64,000 bases of DNA from Sphingomonas sp. (lineage in GTDB: Bacteria; Pseudomonadota; Alphaproteobacteria; Sphingomonadales; Sphingomonadaceae): assembly GCA_003248865.1 (NCBI GenBank), contig QFPK01000005.1, positions 95,465 through 159,464 on the forward strand, in the 5' to 3' direction. The notes under the pieces are model-generated. The model saw only the letters and a list, made by a program, of their open reading frames with translations. It was not told where the DNA came from and made no database searches. Shown one piece after another: positions 30,080-39,813 of the stretch. A program made the position numbers and the translations under genes. Numbering within the stretch: position 1 is the stretch's first letter; each line of letters starts with the position of its first letter.

Positions 30080-30858
30080 GCACACCTGTGAAGGCGCCCC
30101 CGCTGCCGCTCAGGGCGCTGATCCCCAACGCCATCACCATGCTGGCGCTCTGTTCCGGGGCGACCGGCGTGCGATTCGCCATCAGCGGCGATTTCGACAA
30201 GGCCGCCGCGGCAATCGTGATCGCAGCCGTGCTGGACGGCATCGACGGCCGCGTCGCGCGGCTGCTGCGCGGCACCAGCCGTTTCGGCGCGGAACTGGAT
30301 TCGCTCTCTGACGTGACCGCCTTCGGGGTTGCGCCGGCGCTGATCCTCTATCTGTGGGCGCTCGACGATCTCGGCCGCGTCGGGTGGGTGGTGGCGCTGG
30401 CGCTCGCCGTGTGCTGCGCCCTGAGGCTGGCGCGCTTCAACACCTCTTTGGATCAGGAAGACCTGCCCAAGAAGCGGTTGGGTTTCACCACTGGCGTGCC
30501 CGCCCCCGCAGGTGCTGCGCTGGCGCTGATGCCGTTGTTCTGGAGCCTCGCCCACGACGGCGCGCTCGATCCCGATCCGCACAGCCGCGCGCTGGTGGTG
30601 GCGGTGGTCACGGCCGTGACGGCCTTCCTGATGGTGTCTGCGCTGCCGGTTTGGGGGTTCAAATCCGTCCATATCCCGCGCAGCGCCCGTCTGTTCGTGC
30701 TGGCGGCCGTGGGCATCTTCGCCGCCGCGCTGGCGCAGGCGCCCTGGCTGACGCTGTTCACGCTGGCGCTGCTCTATGCCGTGGCGCTGCCCTTTGCGGT
30801 GTTGCGCTATAGCCAGTTGCGCAAGGCGGAGCTGGCGGCGCGTGAAGGTGACGGCTGA
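30076..30858 (+). CDS. pssA: CDP-diacylglycerol--serine O-phosphatidyltransferase
   Basis: CDP-alcohol phosphotransferase motif DGIDGRVARLL...GAELDSLSD. Overlaps the psd stop by 4 nt. Confidence 0.88.
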   Translation: MSTPVKAPPLPLRALIPNAITMLALCSGATGVRFAISGDFDKAAAAIVIAAVLDGIDGRVARLLRGTSRFGAELDSLSDVTAFGVAPALILYLWALDDLGRVGWVVALALAVCCALRLARFNTSLDQEDLPKKRLGFTTGVPAPAGAALALMPLFWSLAHDGALDPDPHSRALVVAVVTAVTAFLMVSALPVWGFKSVHIPRSARLFVLAAVGIFAAALAQAPWLTLFTLALLYAVALPFAVLRYSQLRKAELAAREGDG

Positions 30859-30866
30859 GCGAGAGG

Positions 30867-31070
30867 TTTTTTTGCCTCCGACGGTCAGGGAGATGATTTC
30901 CCTGCACCTCTGAGTTGGCGTCGTGCACTACTCACAAGCCGCGCGCATGACTTGATTTGATTGCCTGCGGCGCCGGAATGCGCTGGCGCCGCAGGCAGTA
31001 AACCTGCCCGTGAAGACAACCTCACGGAGTGACCTGCAAAATGTGGGTGCAGGGGCCACGGGCTCCTGCC
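30867..31070 (+). repeat. copy A of the nested-palindrome MITE-like repeat family
   Basis: TTTTTTTGCCTCCG..CAGGGAGATGATTTCCCTGCACC ... GATTGCCTGCGGCGCC..GGCGCCGCAGGCAG ... ATGTGGGTGCAGGGG..CTCCTGCC. Collinear with copies at 46266 and 59147. Confidence 0.8.
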
Positions 31071-31115
31071 GCGAGAGTTTGAGGGGGCTGAGCCCCCTCA
31101 ATTCAACGCTCTGAC

Positions 31116-32342
31116 TCAGGCCGCCTGCCGCACCCCCGCAGGGATCGGCGCAGTCGCGGGCGCGGGCGTCAGCACCGGCGTCGCATTGTTGCGATACAGG
31201 CTGAACAGCCGCTCGAAATGCTGCGCCGGGGTGGAGATGTGGCTGCGGCGGGCGCCGATGGCATTCACGCGCAGCTGATCCGGGTTGCGGTTCAGCAGGC
31301 GATGGATGGCGTCGGTCGCGGCAGCCGCGTTGCCGGGCTCATACAGCTCGGACCAGGCCGGGTCGGCGGCGTCGGTGCAGCCGCCTTCGGCCGGCAGGAT
31401 CAGCGGGATGCCGGCGGCAAGGCCTTCGCTGGCAACAAGGCCGAAGGTCTCAGCCCGGCTGCCGTGGATCATGGCGTCGGCGGAGGCCAGGATGCGCGCC
31501 AGCTTCTCACGGTCGCCCACATGCCCCAGCAGCTTCACATTTCCGGCGGCTGCCGCCGCTTTGTGCACGCGCTCGTTGGCGAAGCCGTTGCCGATCTGGA
31601 TCATGGCGACATTCTCGTCCTGCAGCGCGCCCACGGCTTCGAACACCACCGGCCATTGCTTTTCATGATGGTGGCGGCCCACGCCGACCAGCAGGCGCGC
31701 CGATTGCGGCAGGCCGAATTCGGCCAGCAGCTGGCGGCGCAGCTCGCTGTCGCGCTTGCAGGGGTGGAACAGTGTCTTGTCCACGCCCAGCGGAACCAGT
31801 TCAGAACCGATGCCGGCCTGCTTTTGGATGCGCTGACCGAACCAGCGGCTGCCCACGACCACGCTGTCGAAGCGTTGCGCGGTGCGGGCCAGATAGCGCC
31901 AGTACCAGAACGAGGCCTTGTCCACCGTGTCGGCGTGCAGGAAGTCCTGTGTCCACACCTGCAGGTGGGCGGCCACAGGATCGGCGTGCATGAATAGTGC
32001 CTTGTGCGCCATGTGTGCGGCGCGGCCCTGCCAGTTGGCGACGATCCAGGCGCCCCGGAACGGCGAGGAGGCTTCCACGACATCGGGCTTCAGCTCGTCG
32101 AGCAGCTGCACGACGGGGGCGGCCTTCCAGAACACATGGTAGCGGGTGTCGACCGGGATGGCCGGCGCCTTCACATAGATCACCTGCCCGCCGTCGCGTT
32201 GCTCGACACGGTCTTCAGGTCCGGGCGCGATCACGCTGACCTTCACGCCGGTCTGATGGCCGAAGGCGAGTTTCGCGTCGATATAGGTCTTCACCCCGCC
32301 GCCCAGCGGCGCATAGAATTCTGCAACGTCGACGATATGCAT
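31116..32342 (-). CDS. GT4/GT1-type glycosyltransferase
   Basis: 408 aa GT-B fold with the EX7E-like region (SRAETFGLVASEGLAAGIPLI). Confidence 0.8.
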   Translation of the reverse strand: MHIVDVAEFYAPLGGGVKTYIDAKLAFGHQTGVKVSVIAPGPEDRVEQRDGGQVIYVKAPAIPVDTRYHVFWKAAPVVQLLDELKPDVVEASSPFRGAWIVANWQGRAAHMAHKALFMHADPVAAHLQVWTQDFLHADTVDKASFWYWRYLARTAQRFDSVVVGSRWFGQRIQKQAGIGSELVPLGVDKTLFHPCKRDSELRRQLLAEFGLPQSARLLVGVGRHHHEKQWPVVFEAVGALQDENVAMIQIGNGFANERVHKAAAAAGNVKLLGHVGDREKLARILASADAMIHGSRAETFGLVASEGLAAGIPLILPAEGGCTDAADPAWSELYEPGNAAAATDAIHRLLNRNPDQLRVNAIGARRSHISTPAQHFERLFSLYRNNATPVLTPAPATAPIPAGVRQAA

Positions 32343-32350
32343 GGTTGCCC

Positions 32351-32908
32351 CTACCGGTTTCCGGCCGATTGAAGTTCTTCCTTGGGAATTGGCCCGAAAC
32401 CAAGCCCCCTCAGATAGTTAAGCGTTACATTGGCTTCGCTGTATCCGTTGTTGAAGCGCATGGAGACTTCGGATGCCTTCGGCTTCGTCTTCAGGATGCT
32501 CACCCGCGGGTTGCGCGTGAAGGTCGCGCCATCGTCGCGATAGTTGAACTTGCGCACGCCGGTGGGCGAATGGAACGCGCCCATCGCATAGGTGCCCGGG
32601 CCGGGCAGCAGCACGCAGATCTTGGCCGCGCCCGTCTTCGGCACCGGCACCGTCACGCGCTGATAGGCCTTGCCTTCGGCCAGCAGTTCATGGTGGCTGC
32701 GCATGAAATCCTGATCATTGCCCGGCCACAGCTCGACACGCAGCGTGCCGTCGCGGTTCTTGAAGCCGTCCACCGTCAGCAGTACGGCGTCCTTGCCCGA
32801 ACCGGGCAGGCACGCGGCCGCATCGGGGCCAAGGATATCTGGCCCGGCCAGCGCGGGCGCCGCAGCTGCGGTGGCGAGCAGGGCAAGAAATGCAGTCAGT
32901 CTTTTCAT
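32351..32908 (-). CDS. DUF2141-like secreted protein
   Basis: Has a signal peptide (MKRLTAFLALLATAAAAPALA) and an Ig-like LRVELWPGND...GTYAMGAFH pattern. ATG at 32908 is preceded by GGGAGC and lies 1 nt after the upstream gene's stop. Confidence 0.55.
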   Translation of the reverse strand: MKRLTAFLALLATAAAAPALAGPDILGPDAAACLPGSGKDAVLLTVDGFKNRDGTLRVELWPGNDQDFMRSHHELLAEGKAYQRVTVPVPKTGAAKICVLLPGPGTYAMGAFHSPTGVRKFNYRDDGATFTRNPRVSILKTKPKASEVSMRFNNGYSEANVTLNYLRGLGFGPIPKEELQSAGNR

Positions 32909-32909
32909 G

Positions 32910-33890
32910 TCAGAGGCTCCCGGCTGCCTGTGGCAGCCCTTCTTCGGCCACGGTCTCTCCGCGGCTTTCGATGGTTGATGCCCCCACATATGAAATCACA
33001 TGGCTCACCAGGTGCAGCGCCCCAGCTGCCGCCATCAGCGCCGCCACTTCGGGCGCGGCGGAGCCGGTCAGGCTCACCCCGATGGCCGCGAACAGCAGTT
33101 CCTTGTTCGGCACGAAGGGCAGCCGAGTCACCACCATGCGTAGCGCGCCCAGCACGATCCAGGTGCCCACATCCACCGTCGGCAGCGCCACGATCCAGGC
33201 CATCAGCAGCAGGGCCGAGCCGATCAGCAGCCGCGCGCAGTGCAGCAGGAAGATCACGAAATTCTCGCGCAGCGGCAGGCTCATCACCTTGCGGCTGAAC
33301 AGCAGGATCGCGAGGCTGATGGAAATCACGAAGGCAAAGCCGAAGCCTACCGAACGCATCGCGCCGCCGGTGAAAGCCGCCTGCACAGCCTCTCCGCCGC
33401 CCATTGAAAGGGCAAGGCCCAGCATCAGCAGGGTGGCGACATTGCCCGCCAGCGCGGAGGTGATCGCCACATCCTTCACGGCGGCCAGCGGCCCGGCGCC
33501 CACTTCGCGCGCGCCCAGCGCCTTCTTCGCCCACATGAACAGATAGGCGTCGCCCGAATAACCGAACACGGCTTCGTTCAGCACCCGCTTCTTGGAAAAC
33601 ACGGCGAGTGCGCGGGGCGTCAGCGGCCACCAGCGGCGGAAGATGATATATTCGGTGACGGGGGTGGCCATGTAGGACATCGCCACCAGCAGATAGAAGA
33701 TCGGGTTGGCCGGCAGCACGTCCAGCACTTCCTGCCAGCCGATGTTGGCGACGGCGCGCACCAGATAGGCGAGGATGGCGGCAGACAGGCCGAACGACAG
33801 CAGCCGCTTCGTCGCCGGAGAGATGGCGACGGCATTCTCCAGCCGGGCCCGGCTGGCGGAAAGCGTCTGAAGTGCAGAGTCGCGGGTCAT
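32910..33890 (-). CDS. flippase-like / lysyl-PG-synthase-TM-region (UPF0104) family membrane protein
   Basis: 326 aa and polytopic. First gene of an apparent three-gene operon with the DUF2141 and GT4 genes. Confidence 0.55.
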   Translation of the reverse strand: MTRDSALQTLSASRARLENAVAISPATKRLLSFGLSAAILAYLVRAVANIGWQEVLDVLPANPIFYLLVAMSYMATPVTEYIIFRRWWPLTPRALAVFSKKRVLNEAVFGYSGDAYLFMWAKKALGAREVGAGPLAAVKDVAITSALAGNVATLLMLGLALSMGGGEAVQAAFTGGAMRSVGFGFAFVISISLAILLFSRKVMSLPLRENFVIFLLHCARLLIGSALLLMAWIVALPTVDVGTWIVLGALRMVVTRLPFVPNKELLFAAIGVSLTGSAAPEVAALMAAAGALHLVSHVISYVGASTIESRGETVAEEGLPQAAGSL

Positions 33891-33994
33891 GACCCTGCCG
33901 AGCTAGGACCCGATTGCGACCGGAAAGGGGCAGCAAGGTGCCCGAAACCGGCCACAGTTGTCGCGGCATCGCTTTCGGAGACTAAAGTCTGCCT

Positions 33995-34228
33995 TCACCC
34001 GAAGGCTGCATCATCCGGCCGATAGGCGTGAGACAGTCGCAGTCCGGGCGCCAGGCGCCGGAATAGCGCGTAGCGATCCGGCAGCTTCATTCCCTTCAAC
34101 TGGTTGGCGAGCCGAAGGCAATCCGCCTGTCGCAGGCCGTCGCGCACCTCCAGCCGCTCCCACGCCGGTAGCCTGCGGCCCAGCACATCTCGTGAGTCGG
34201 GCAGGGAAGGGGGATGGAAACGCGCCAT
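33995..34228 (-). CDS. small hypothetical protein (77 aa)
   Basis: Internal ATG of the 33995..34387 ORF. Third positions are G/C-rich. Lies just downstream of pccB. No recognisable family. Confidence 0.35.
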   Translation of the reverse strand: MARFHPPSLPDSRDVLGRRLPAWERLEVRDGLRQADCLRLANQLKGMKLPDRYALFRRLAPGLRLSHAYRPDDAAFG

Positions 34229-34292
34229 CACCACCACATCCCAGCCCCCGCCCGGGAGGCCAAGAGCCACCAGAAACGCCAGCGCCCAGCCC

Positions 34293-35825
34293 TTACAACG
34301 GAATGTTGTCGTGCTTCTTCCAGGGGTTCTCCAGGCTCTTGGTGCGCAGCTTGCGCAGGCCCACCGCGATCCGCTTGCGCGTGGCATGCGGCAGGATCAC
34401 CTCGTCGATGAAGCCCATGCTCGCCGCCACGAACGGGTTGGCGAAGCGGGTTTCATATTCCTTGGTGCGCTCGGCGATCTTTTCCGGGTCGCCGATGTCC
34501 TTCCTAAAGATGATCTCCACCGCGCCCTTGGCGCCCATCACCGCGATCTCGGCCGTCGGCCAGGCATAGTTCAGGTCGCCGCGCAGGTGCTTGGACGACA
34601 TCACGTCATAGGCGCCGCCATAGGCCTTGCGGGTGATCACCGTGATCTTCGGCACCGTTGCCTCGGCATAGGCGAACAGCAGCTTGGCGCCATGCTTGAT
34701 GATGCCGTTATGCTCCTGCGCCACGCCCGGCAGGAAGCCTGGCACGTCCACGAAGGTGAGGATGGGGATGCTGAAGGCGTCGCAGAAGCGCACGAAGCGC
34801 CCGGCTTTTTTGGAGGCGTTGATGTCCAGGCAGCCCGCCAGCACCATCGGCTGGTTGGCGACGATGCCCACCGTATGGCCCTCGATGCGGGCAAAGCCGA
34901 TCAGGATGTTGCCGGCATGGCCCGGCTGGATCTCGAAGAAGTCGCCGTCATCGGCCACCTTCGCGATCAGCTCGCGCATGTCATAGGGTTTGTTGGCGCT
35001 CGGCGGCACCAGCGTGTCCAGCGAGGGGATGGGCCGGTCGAACGGATCGACGCTTTCCCGGTGCGGCGCGCCCGCGCGGTTGTTCAGCGGCAGGAAGTCG
35101 AAGAAGTCGCGCGCACGCAGCAGCGCATCCACATCGTCTTCCAGCGCCAGATCGGCCACACCGGACTTGGTGCTGTGGGTGATGGCTCCGCCCAGCTCTT
35201 CCTGCGTCACCACCTCGTTCGTCACCGTCTTCACCACGTCGGGGCCGGTCACGAACATGTAGCTTGAGTCCTTCACCATGAAGATGAAGTCCGTCATCGC
35301 GGGCGAATAGACCGCGCCGCCCGCGCAGGGCCCCATGATCAGACTGATCTGCGGCACCACGCCCGATGCCAGCACGTTGCGCTGGAACACCTCGGCATAG
35401 CCGGCAAGGCTGGCGACGCCTTCCTGAATGCGCGCGCCGCCGGAATCGTTCAGCCCGATCACGGGGGCGCCCACCTTCATCGCCATGTCCATGATCTTGC
35501 AGATCTTCTGGGCATGCCGTTCCGACAAAGAGCCCCCGAACACGGTGAAATCCTGGGAGAACACGAATACCAGACGCCCGTTGATGGTGCCCGACCCGGT
35601 CACGACGCCGTCGCCGGGAACCTTGGTCTTCTCCATACCGAACTCGACGCAGTTGTGTTCCACATACATGTCGAGCTCTTCGAAGCTGCCTTCGTCCAGC
35701 AGGATGTCCAGCCGCTCCCGCGCCGTCAGCCGGCCCTTGGCGTGCTGCGCGTCGATCCGCGCCTGTCCCCCGCCCAGCCTTGCCGCCGCGCGCCGCTGCT
35801 CCAGCTCGTCCAGCACCTTCAGCAT
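34293..35825 (-). CDS. pccB: propionyl-CoA/acyl-CoA carboxylase beta (carboxyltransferase) subunit
   Basis: 510 aa with [37 protein letters not shown]. Confidence 0.9.
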   Translation of the reverse strand: MLKVLDELEQRRAAARLGGGQARIDAQHAKGRLTARERLDILLDEGSFEELDMYVEHNCVEFGMEKTKVPGDGVVTGSGTINGRLVFVFSQDFTVFGGSLSERHAQKICKIMDMAMKVGAPVIGLNDSGGARIQEGVASLAGYAEVFQRNVLASGVVPQISLIMGPCAGGAVYSPAMTDFIFMVKDSSYMFVTGPDVVKTVTNEVVTQEELGGAITHSTKSGVADLALEDDVDALLRARDFFDFLPLNNRAGAPHRESVDPFDRPIPSLDTLVPPSANKPYDMRELIAKVADDGDFFEIQPGHAGNILIGFARIEGHTVGIVANQPMVLAGCLDINASKKAGRFVRFCDAFSIPILTFVDVPGFLPGVAQEHNGIIKHGAKLLFAYAEATVPKITVITRKAYGGAYDVMSSKHLRGDLNYAWPTAEIAVMGAKGAVEIIFRKDIGDPEKIAERTKEYETRFANPFVAASMGFIDEVILPHATRKRIAVGLRKLRTKSLENPWKKHDNIPL

Positions 35826-35885
35826 CGCGTTCTCATCCCCTTCGTCTCATGTCGTCCAGTCGCCTAGCGGCCCGTCACGCCGCTG

Positions 35886-36596
35886 TCACCGCCCGAAATT
35901 GGTCGCGCCCGCAAGCTGCAGAAAGCGAGCGGCTGCCATGAACTGCGCCCGCCGCGCCGCGCGCCCGGCCGCGGCCAACGCATCCTCGCCCCAATGCGCC
36001 GCCTGAAATGTCTCGTCCAGAACGGAGGCCTCCCACGCCGCCTCCTCGCCCAGCGCCCCATGCGCCAGCGCCAGCGGCAGCACCGCCGACCCCGACAGGG
36101 TCACCAGCGGCGAAAGCGCCGCCAGCTGGAACGGCCCGAAGCCCCGATACGCCGCCGCAATGCGTGCCAGCGTCGGCGCGGGCTGGGGCAGATGCACCAC
36201 GCCCGCCGTCACCGAAAAGCCGATGTCGAACCGCGCAGCGGCCCAATCCAGAACCGGCTGCCAGCGCGCCGCCTGCAGCTCCACCAGCGCCGCCGGATGC
36301 TCCGCGCGATAGCAGAGCATGTCGCTTTCGGCATACAGCGACAACCCGTCGGCAAAGCCGTGGGGATCGGCCGCAATCAGGTCGACGGCGGCATTTGCCA
36401 GCCCCGTCAGCGGCATCTCGTCCGGCTTCAGCTCGCCTGTCACCGCGCGCCATTCGTCCGCCACCGCCTCGGCGGGTCCGGCCGAGGGCAGGCGCAGCGG
36501 CAGTCCCTTCGGCGTCTTCACGGCGCGCCCGTCCAGCTTCAGCCCGAAGCCGTCGTCATCGGGCTCCACCGTCACTTCCTGCCAGAAGCGCTTCAC
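35886..36596 (-). CDS. ATP12-family F1-ATPase assembly chaperone
   Basis: VKRFWQEVTVEP...GLKLDGRAVKTPKG...ML(C)YRAE pattern. GTG at 36596 overlaps the upstream stop (GTGA). Confidence 0.75.
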   Translation of the reverse strand: MKRFWQEVTVEPDDDGFGLKLDGRAVKTPKGLPLRLPSAGPAEAVADEWRAVTGELKPDEMPLTGLANAAVDLIAADPHGFADGLSLYAESDMLCYRAEHPAALVELQAARWQPVLDWAAARFDIGFSVTAGVVHLPQPAPTLARIAAAYRGFGPFQLAALSPLVTLSGSAVLPLALAHGALGEEAAWEASVLDETFQAAHWGEDALAAAGRAARRAQFMAAARFLQLAGATNFGR

Positions 36597-36823
36597 TTCC
36601 AGCGCGCTTTCAGAGCGCGGGGCCCGAACAGCACGACAATGGCGCCGGCCGCCATCAGCATCAGTCCGCCGCCGCCCGGTCCGCCCGTGGCGGGCGCGCG
36701 GCCCACCACCCACATGCCCGCGAACACCAGTAGCAGCCCCAGCAGCCGCACCAGCGTCATCCACCATAATCTAGCCTGAGCGGGATCGCGTTCCGGGGTC
36801 TGCGCGGGATCGCGCTCACTCAT
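36593..36823 (-). CDS. small two-TM membrane protein (76 aa)
   Basis: G/C-rich third positions and two hydrophobic helices. Start and stop overlap the flanking genes. Confidence 0.55.
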   Translation of the reverse strand: MSERDPAQTPERDPAQARLWWMTLVRLLGLLLVFAGMWVVGRAPATGGPGGGGLMLMAAGAIVVLFGPRALKARWK

Positions 36824-37082
36824 CGCCCGGGTCCCATCTCAGCACGTCCCGCATGCGCCATGCGCCCAGAAGAAACAGCGCCCCCGCACCGATTCCGGGG
36901 GCATGAACCAGCAGGTCCAGCGGCGGCGCCGGAATGTCGCGCACCAGTTCGAACAGCCCGCTGCCGGCAAACCACAGCCCCACCACCAGCAACCCGCGCG
37001 CCAGCCAGACATCCCATGGAGACGGCTCGCCTCTCTCCGGCGGTCCGCCGGGTTCCCCGAACGGATGATTATCATTGTCCAT
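36816..37082 (-). CDS. small two-TM membrane protein (88 aa)
   Basis: G/C-rich third positions and two hydrophobic helices. The start overlaps the HAD gene's 3' end by 11 nt. Confidence 0.5.
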   Translation of the reverse strand: MDNDNHPFGEPGGPPERGEPSPWDVWLARGLLVVGLWFAGSGLFELVRDIPAPPLDLLVHAPGIGAGALFLLGAWRMRDVLRWDPGDE

Positions 37083-37728
37083 GCAACAGCGCCTTCAGTT
37101 CGTCCGCATCGCGCGCCACCGCCGCCGCACCGGCCTCCATCAGCTCGGCCGCCTCATGATAACCCCAATCCACCCCCAGCGCCGTCACCCCGGCGGCCAC
37201 GCCCATGCCGATGTCGAACACGGTGTCGCCGATGATGAAGGCCGAGTCTGGCGCCACCCCCGCATCCGCGATGCACTGCAGCAGCATGGACGGGTGCGGC
37301 TTTGAGGGGTGCCGGTCCGCCGTCTGCAGGCTGATGAAATGCTTCTCCAGCCCATGATGCTCCAGGCACAGCTTCAGTCCCCGGTCGCTCTTGCCGGTGG
37401 CGACCGCCAGCTGCCAGCCGCCCGCCTCCAGCTCCTCCAGCAACTCGCGCACGCCATCGAACAGAGGCTCGGGGTCCAGCATCTGGTCTGCCCGAAGCCG
37501 CTGGAAGGCCAGCTTGTAATCCTCGGCGAGCCGCTCGTGCAGATCCTGCGGTGCCTCGGGCAGCAGCGCCTGCATCGCCTCCACCAGCGAAAGCCCCACC
37601 ACGCGGCGCACCGCATGCGGGTCCGGATCGTCCAGCCCCAGCCGGGAAAAGCTGCTGTGCATCGCGCGCAGGATATTGGCCTGGCTGTCCACCAGCGTCC
37701 CGTCGCAATCGAACACCGCAAGCTTCAT
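37072..37728 (-). CDS. HAD-family phosphatase (phosphoglycolate phosphatase-like)
   Basis: MKLAVFDCDGTLVDS, VATGKS and IGDTVFDIGMG motifs. ATG at 37728. Confidence 0.8.
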   Translation of the reverse strand: MKLAVFDCDGTLVDSQANILRAMHSSFSRLGLDDPDPHAVRRVVGLSLVEAMQALLPEAPQDLHERLAEDYKLAFQRLRADQMLDPEPLFDGVRELLEELEAGGWQLAVATGKSDRGLKLCLEHHGLEKHFISLQTADRHPSKPHPSMLLQCIADAGVAPDSAFIIGDTVFDIGMGVAAGVTALGVDWGYHEAAELMEAGAAAVARDADELKALLHGQ

Positions 37729-38294
37729 GCGGGCTGCGGCAGGGCATGGCCCGACCGCTCCTCCAGTTGATTTCGCACGCCTACACCCTTGTTCTGGCTC
37801 ATTTTCCAGGTTCCGCGCCACTCCGCCTGCTCCAGCGCGAAGCCGGTGATGGCGCCCAGCAGCGCCTCGAAGCGCGCCGGGTCCATCTTGGCGCGGGTCC
37901 AGTCCTCACACACTCGCGCCTCGTGCAGGGCGGACAGCGCATCCAGCTGCGCCACCAGCTCCGCGCGGGACAGGCGCCGGACCCGCCCCGACACCTCGAC
38001 CGACCGGTAGTTCCAGGTCGGCACGGAGCCCGCCCTGTCGGCATACCAGTTGGCGCTGATGTAATGCCCCCGCTCGGCGAAGCCCGCCACCGCCTCCGCG
38101 CCATCGGTCAGCGCCTTCAGAATGCGGTTTCCATTGGAGAGATGAAGCCACAGCTCGCCATCCTCACGCACCCAGACCGGCACATAGGCAAGCGCAACCG
38201 ATCCCGCAGCGAACAGCTGCGCCATCGCCTGCTCGGCGGCAAACGCACGCATCGCCGGCAGGTCCGTCCACAGGAAGGCGCGGTTGGGATGCAT
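37725..38294 (-). CDS. PaiB-family FMN-binding putative transcriptional regulator
   Basis: 189 aa with HLSNGN...VPTWNY...WKMSQNK pattern. Confidence 0.7.
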   Translation of the reverse strand: MHPNRAFLWTDLPAMRAFAAEQAMAQLFAAGSVALAYVPVWVREDGELWLHLSNGNRILKALTDGAEAVAGFAERGHYISANWYADRAGSVPTWNYRSVEVSGRVRRLSRAELVAQLDALSALHEARVCEDWTRAKMDPARFEALLGAITGFALEQAEWRGTWKMSQNKGVGVRNQLEERSGHALPQPA

Positions 38295-39796
38295 CAGCCG
38301 ATGGTTGCCATTTCATACAGGAAGTCGACAAAGCCCTTGGTCGCGCCGGCATAGCCCTGCACCTTGGGGTTCGTGCTTTCGATCAGCATATATTCGTCCG
38401 GCGCGTGCGCCCCGCCGCCATGGCCCAGCCCGAACTGGCCGGCGGGAATCGAAACCGGCGGCTGGGTGAACACGCTGCCGGGCCAGCTGCCGGCAAGCCG
38501 CGGGTTCAGCGTCGCCTTGGCGCCGTACTTTTCATAGACCGCCTGCTGCGCCCGGATGATGCGGGCATTCTCCGCCGTCTCGGTTGGGTCATATCCGCCG
38601 GACACGATCACCTCGATGTCGCCGAAGCCCTTCTTCTTCAGATGGGCCTTCAGCTTCTCCTCGGCTTCCTTCTTCGTCTGGTTCGGCACCAGCCGCGCTT
38701 CCAGCTTGGCCTCGGCCTTGCCGGGCAGGATGGTCTTGCCGCCGGGGCCGGTATAGCCCGCCACCAGCCCCTGGATGTTCACAGTCGGCTGGCTCGCCAG
38801 CCGCTCCAGCGCCTTTTCCCAGGGCTCGTCGTTGATCCACATCTTCACGCCATAAGCGGCCTTCGCCTCGGCCTCGCCCATGGCGGCGGCGCTCTGCGCG
38901 ATCAGTTCCTTTTCGCGCGCCGTCAGCGGGCGGACATTGTCGAACCAGCCCTCGATGGCAGGCGTATGGCCGTCAGCCTCCACCAGCGTGTTCAGCGCCT
39001 GCACCAGATGCCACACCGGCGAATCGATCATGGCATGGGTGGAGCTGTGCACATCGCCCTTCGGCCCCTTGCCCCAGCGCTCCCCGGAGGAGATCAGCTG
39101 GAATTCCAGCGGCCCCTTGGCGCCCAGGTTGATGGCGACATTGCCGTTCGCACCCTGCCAGGCAGAGGGGATGACGATGCCGTCGGTCTTCTTCAGCGCC
39201 TTCAGCACTTCGGGCACCGCCACGATCTCGTGGAAATTGGGGGAGGCGATCTCCTCCTCGCCCTCGGCCACCAGCACCAGATTGACGGGCAGCTTCTTCC
39301 CTGCCGCCTTGAAGGCGTGCAGCGCGTTCAGGAAGGCCATTTCCGGCCCCTTCTGGTTCACCGCACCACGCCCCACCAGCACCTTGCCCCAGCCGGGCTT
39401 GTCGGCCATCGTCGCCTGGAACGGCGGGGAGGACCATTCCGCCGGGTTCACCTGCTTCACATCATACATGAAATAGATGCCCAGCGTGCGCTTGGCGCCC
39501 GCGTCCAGCGTGGCGAAGATGCCGGGCTGGCCGCTGGTCGGGATCTTCTTCACCGTCTGGAAACCGGCGTCCTTCAGGATGCCCATGGTATAGTCGACGG
39601 CCTCGGGCATCTGCCAGTTCTCGGCGGCGATCCCCGGATGCGCGATCCAGTCCACCAGCCGCTTCACGCCGGCGTCCTTGTCGGCCTCCACGGCGGCGAT
39701 CACGGCGGCACGGTCGCCCGATGCAGCCTTCGCGATCCCCGGCACCAGCGCAACCGCGGCGGCCCCCGCCAGCAGATCCCTGCGTCCGAACTCCAT
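38294..39796 (-). CDS. Tat-exported M20-family metallopeptidase
   Basis: Twin-arginine leader MEFGRRDLLAGAAAVALVPGIAKA. M20 metal-binding and dimerisation-domain pattern (GRGAVNQKG, EGEEEIASP). Confidence 0.75.
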   Translation of the reverse strand: MEFGRRDLLAGAAAVALVPGIAKAASGDRAAVIAAVEADKDAGVKRLVDWIAHPGIAAENWQMPEAVDYTMGILKDAGFQTVKKIPTSGQPGIFATLDAGAKRTLGIYFMYDVKQVNPAEWSSPPFQATMADKPGWGKVLVGRGAVNQKGPEMAFLNALHAFKAAGKKLPVNLVLVAEGEEEIASPNFHEIVAVPEVLKALKKTDGIVIPSAWQGANGNVAINLGAKGPLEFQLISSGERWGKGPKGDVHSSTHAMIDSPVWHLVQALNTLVEADGHTPAIEGWFDNVRPLTAREKELIAQSAAAMGEAEAKAAYGVKMWINDEPWEKALERLASQPTVNIQGLVAGYTGPGGKTILPGKAEAKLEARLVPNQTKKEAEEKLKAHLKKKGFGDIEVIVSGGYDPTETAENARIIRAQQAVYEKYGAKATLNPRLAGSWPGSVFTQPPVSIPAGQFGLGHGGGAHAPDEYMLIESTNPKVQGYAGATKGFVDFLYEMATIG

Positions 39797-39813
39797 GTCG
39801 CGTTCTCCCCTTG

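Noticed and set aside
31079-31099. Hairpin TGAGGGGGCTGAGCCCCCTCA as the terminator of the GT4 gene
   Set aside because: The stem is good but no U-run follows on the minus strand. It could equally be part of the adjacent repeat element's flank, so it is not called as a feature.
33995-34387. Full 130-aa version of the small minus-strand ORF downstream of pccB
   Set aside because: The first 53 codons overlap the pccB 3' end and are Arg/Cys/Trp-rich. Only the internal 77-aa version is retained, at low confidence.
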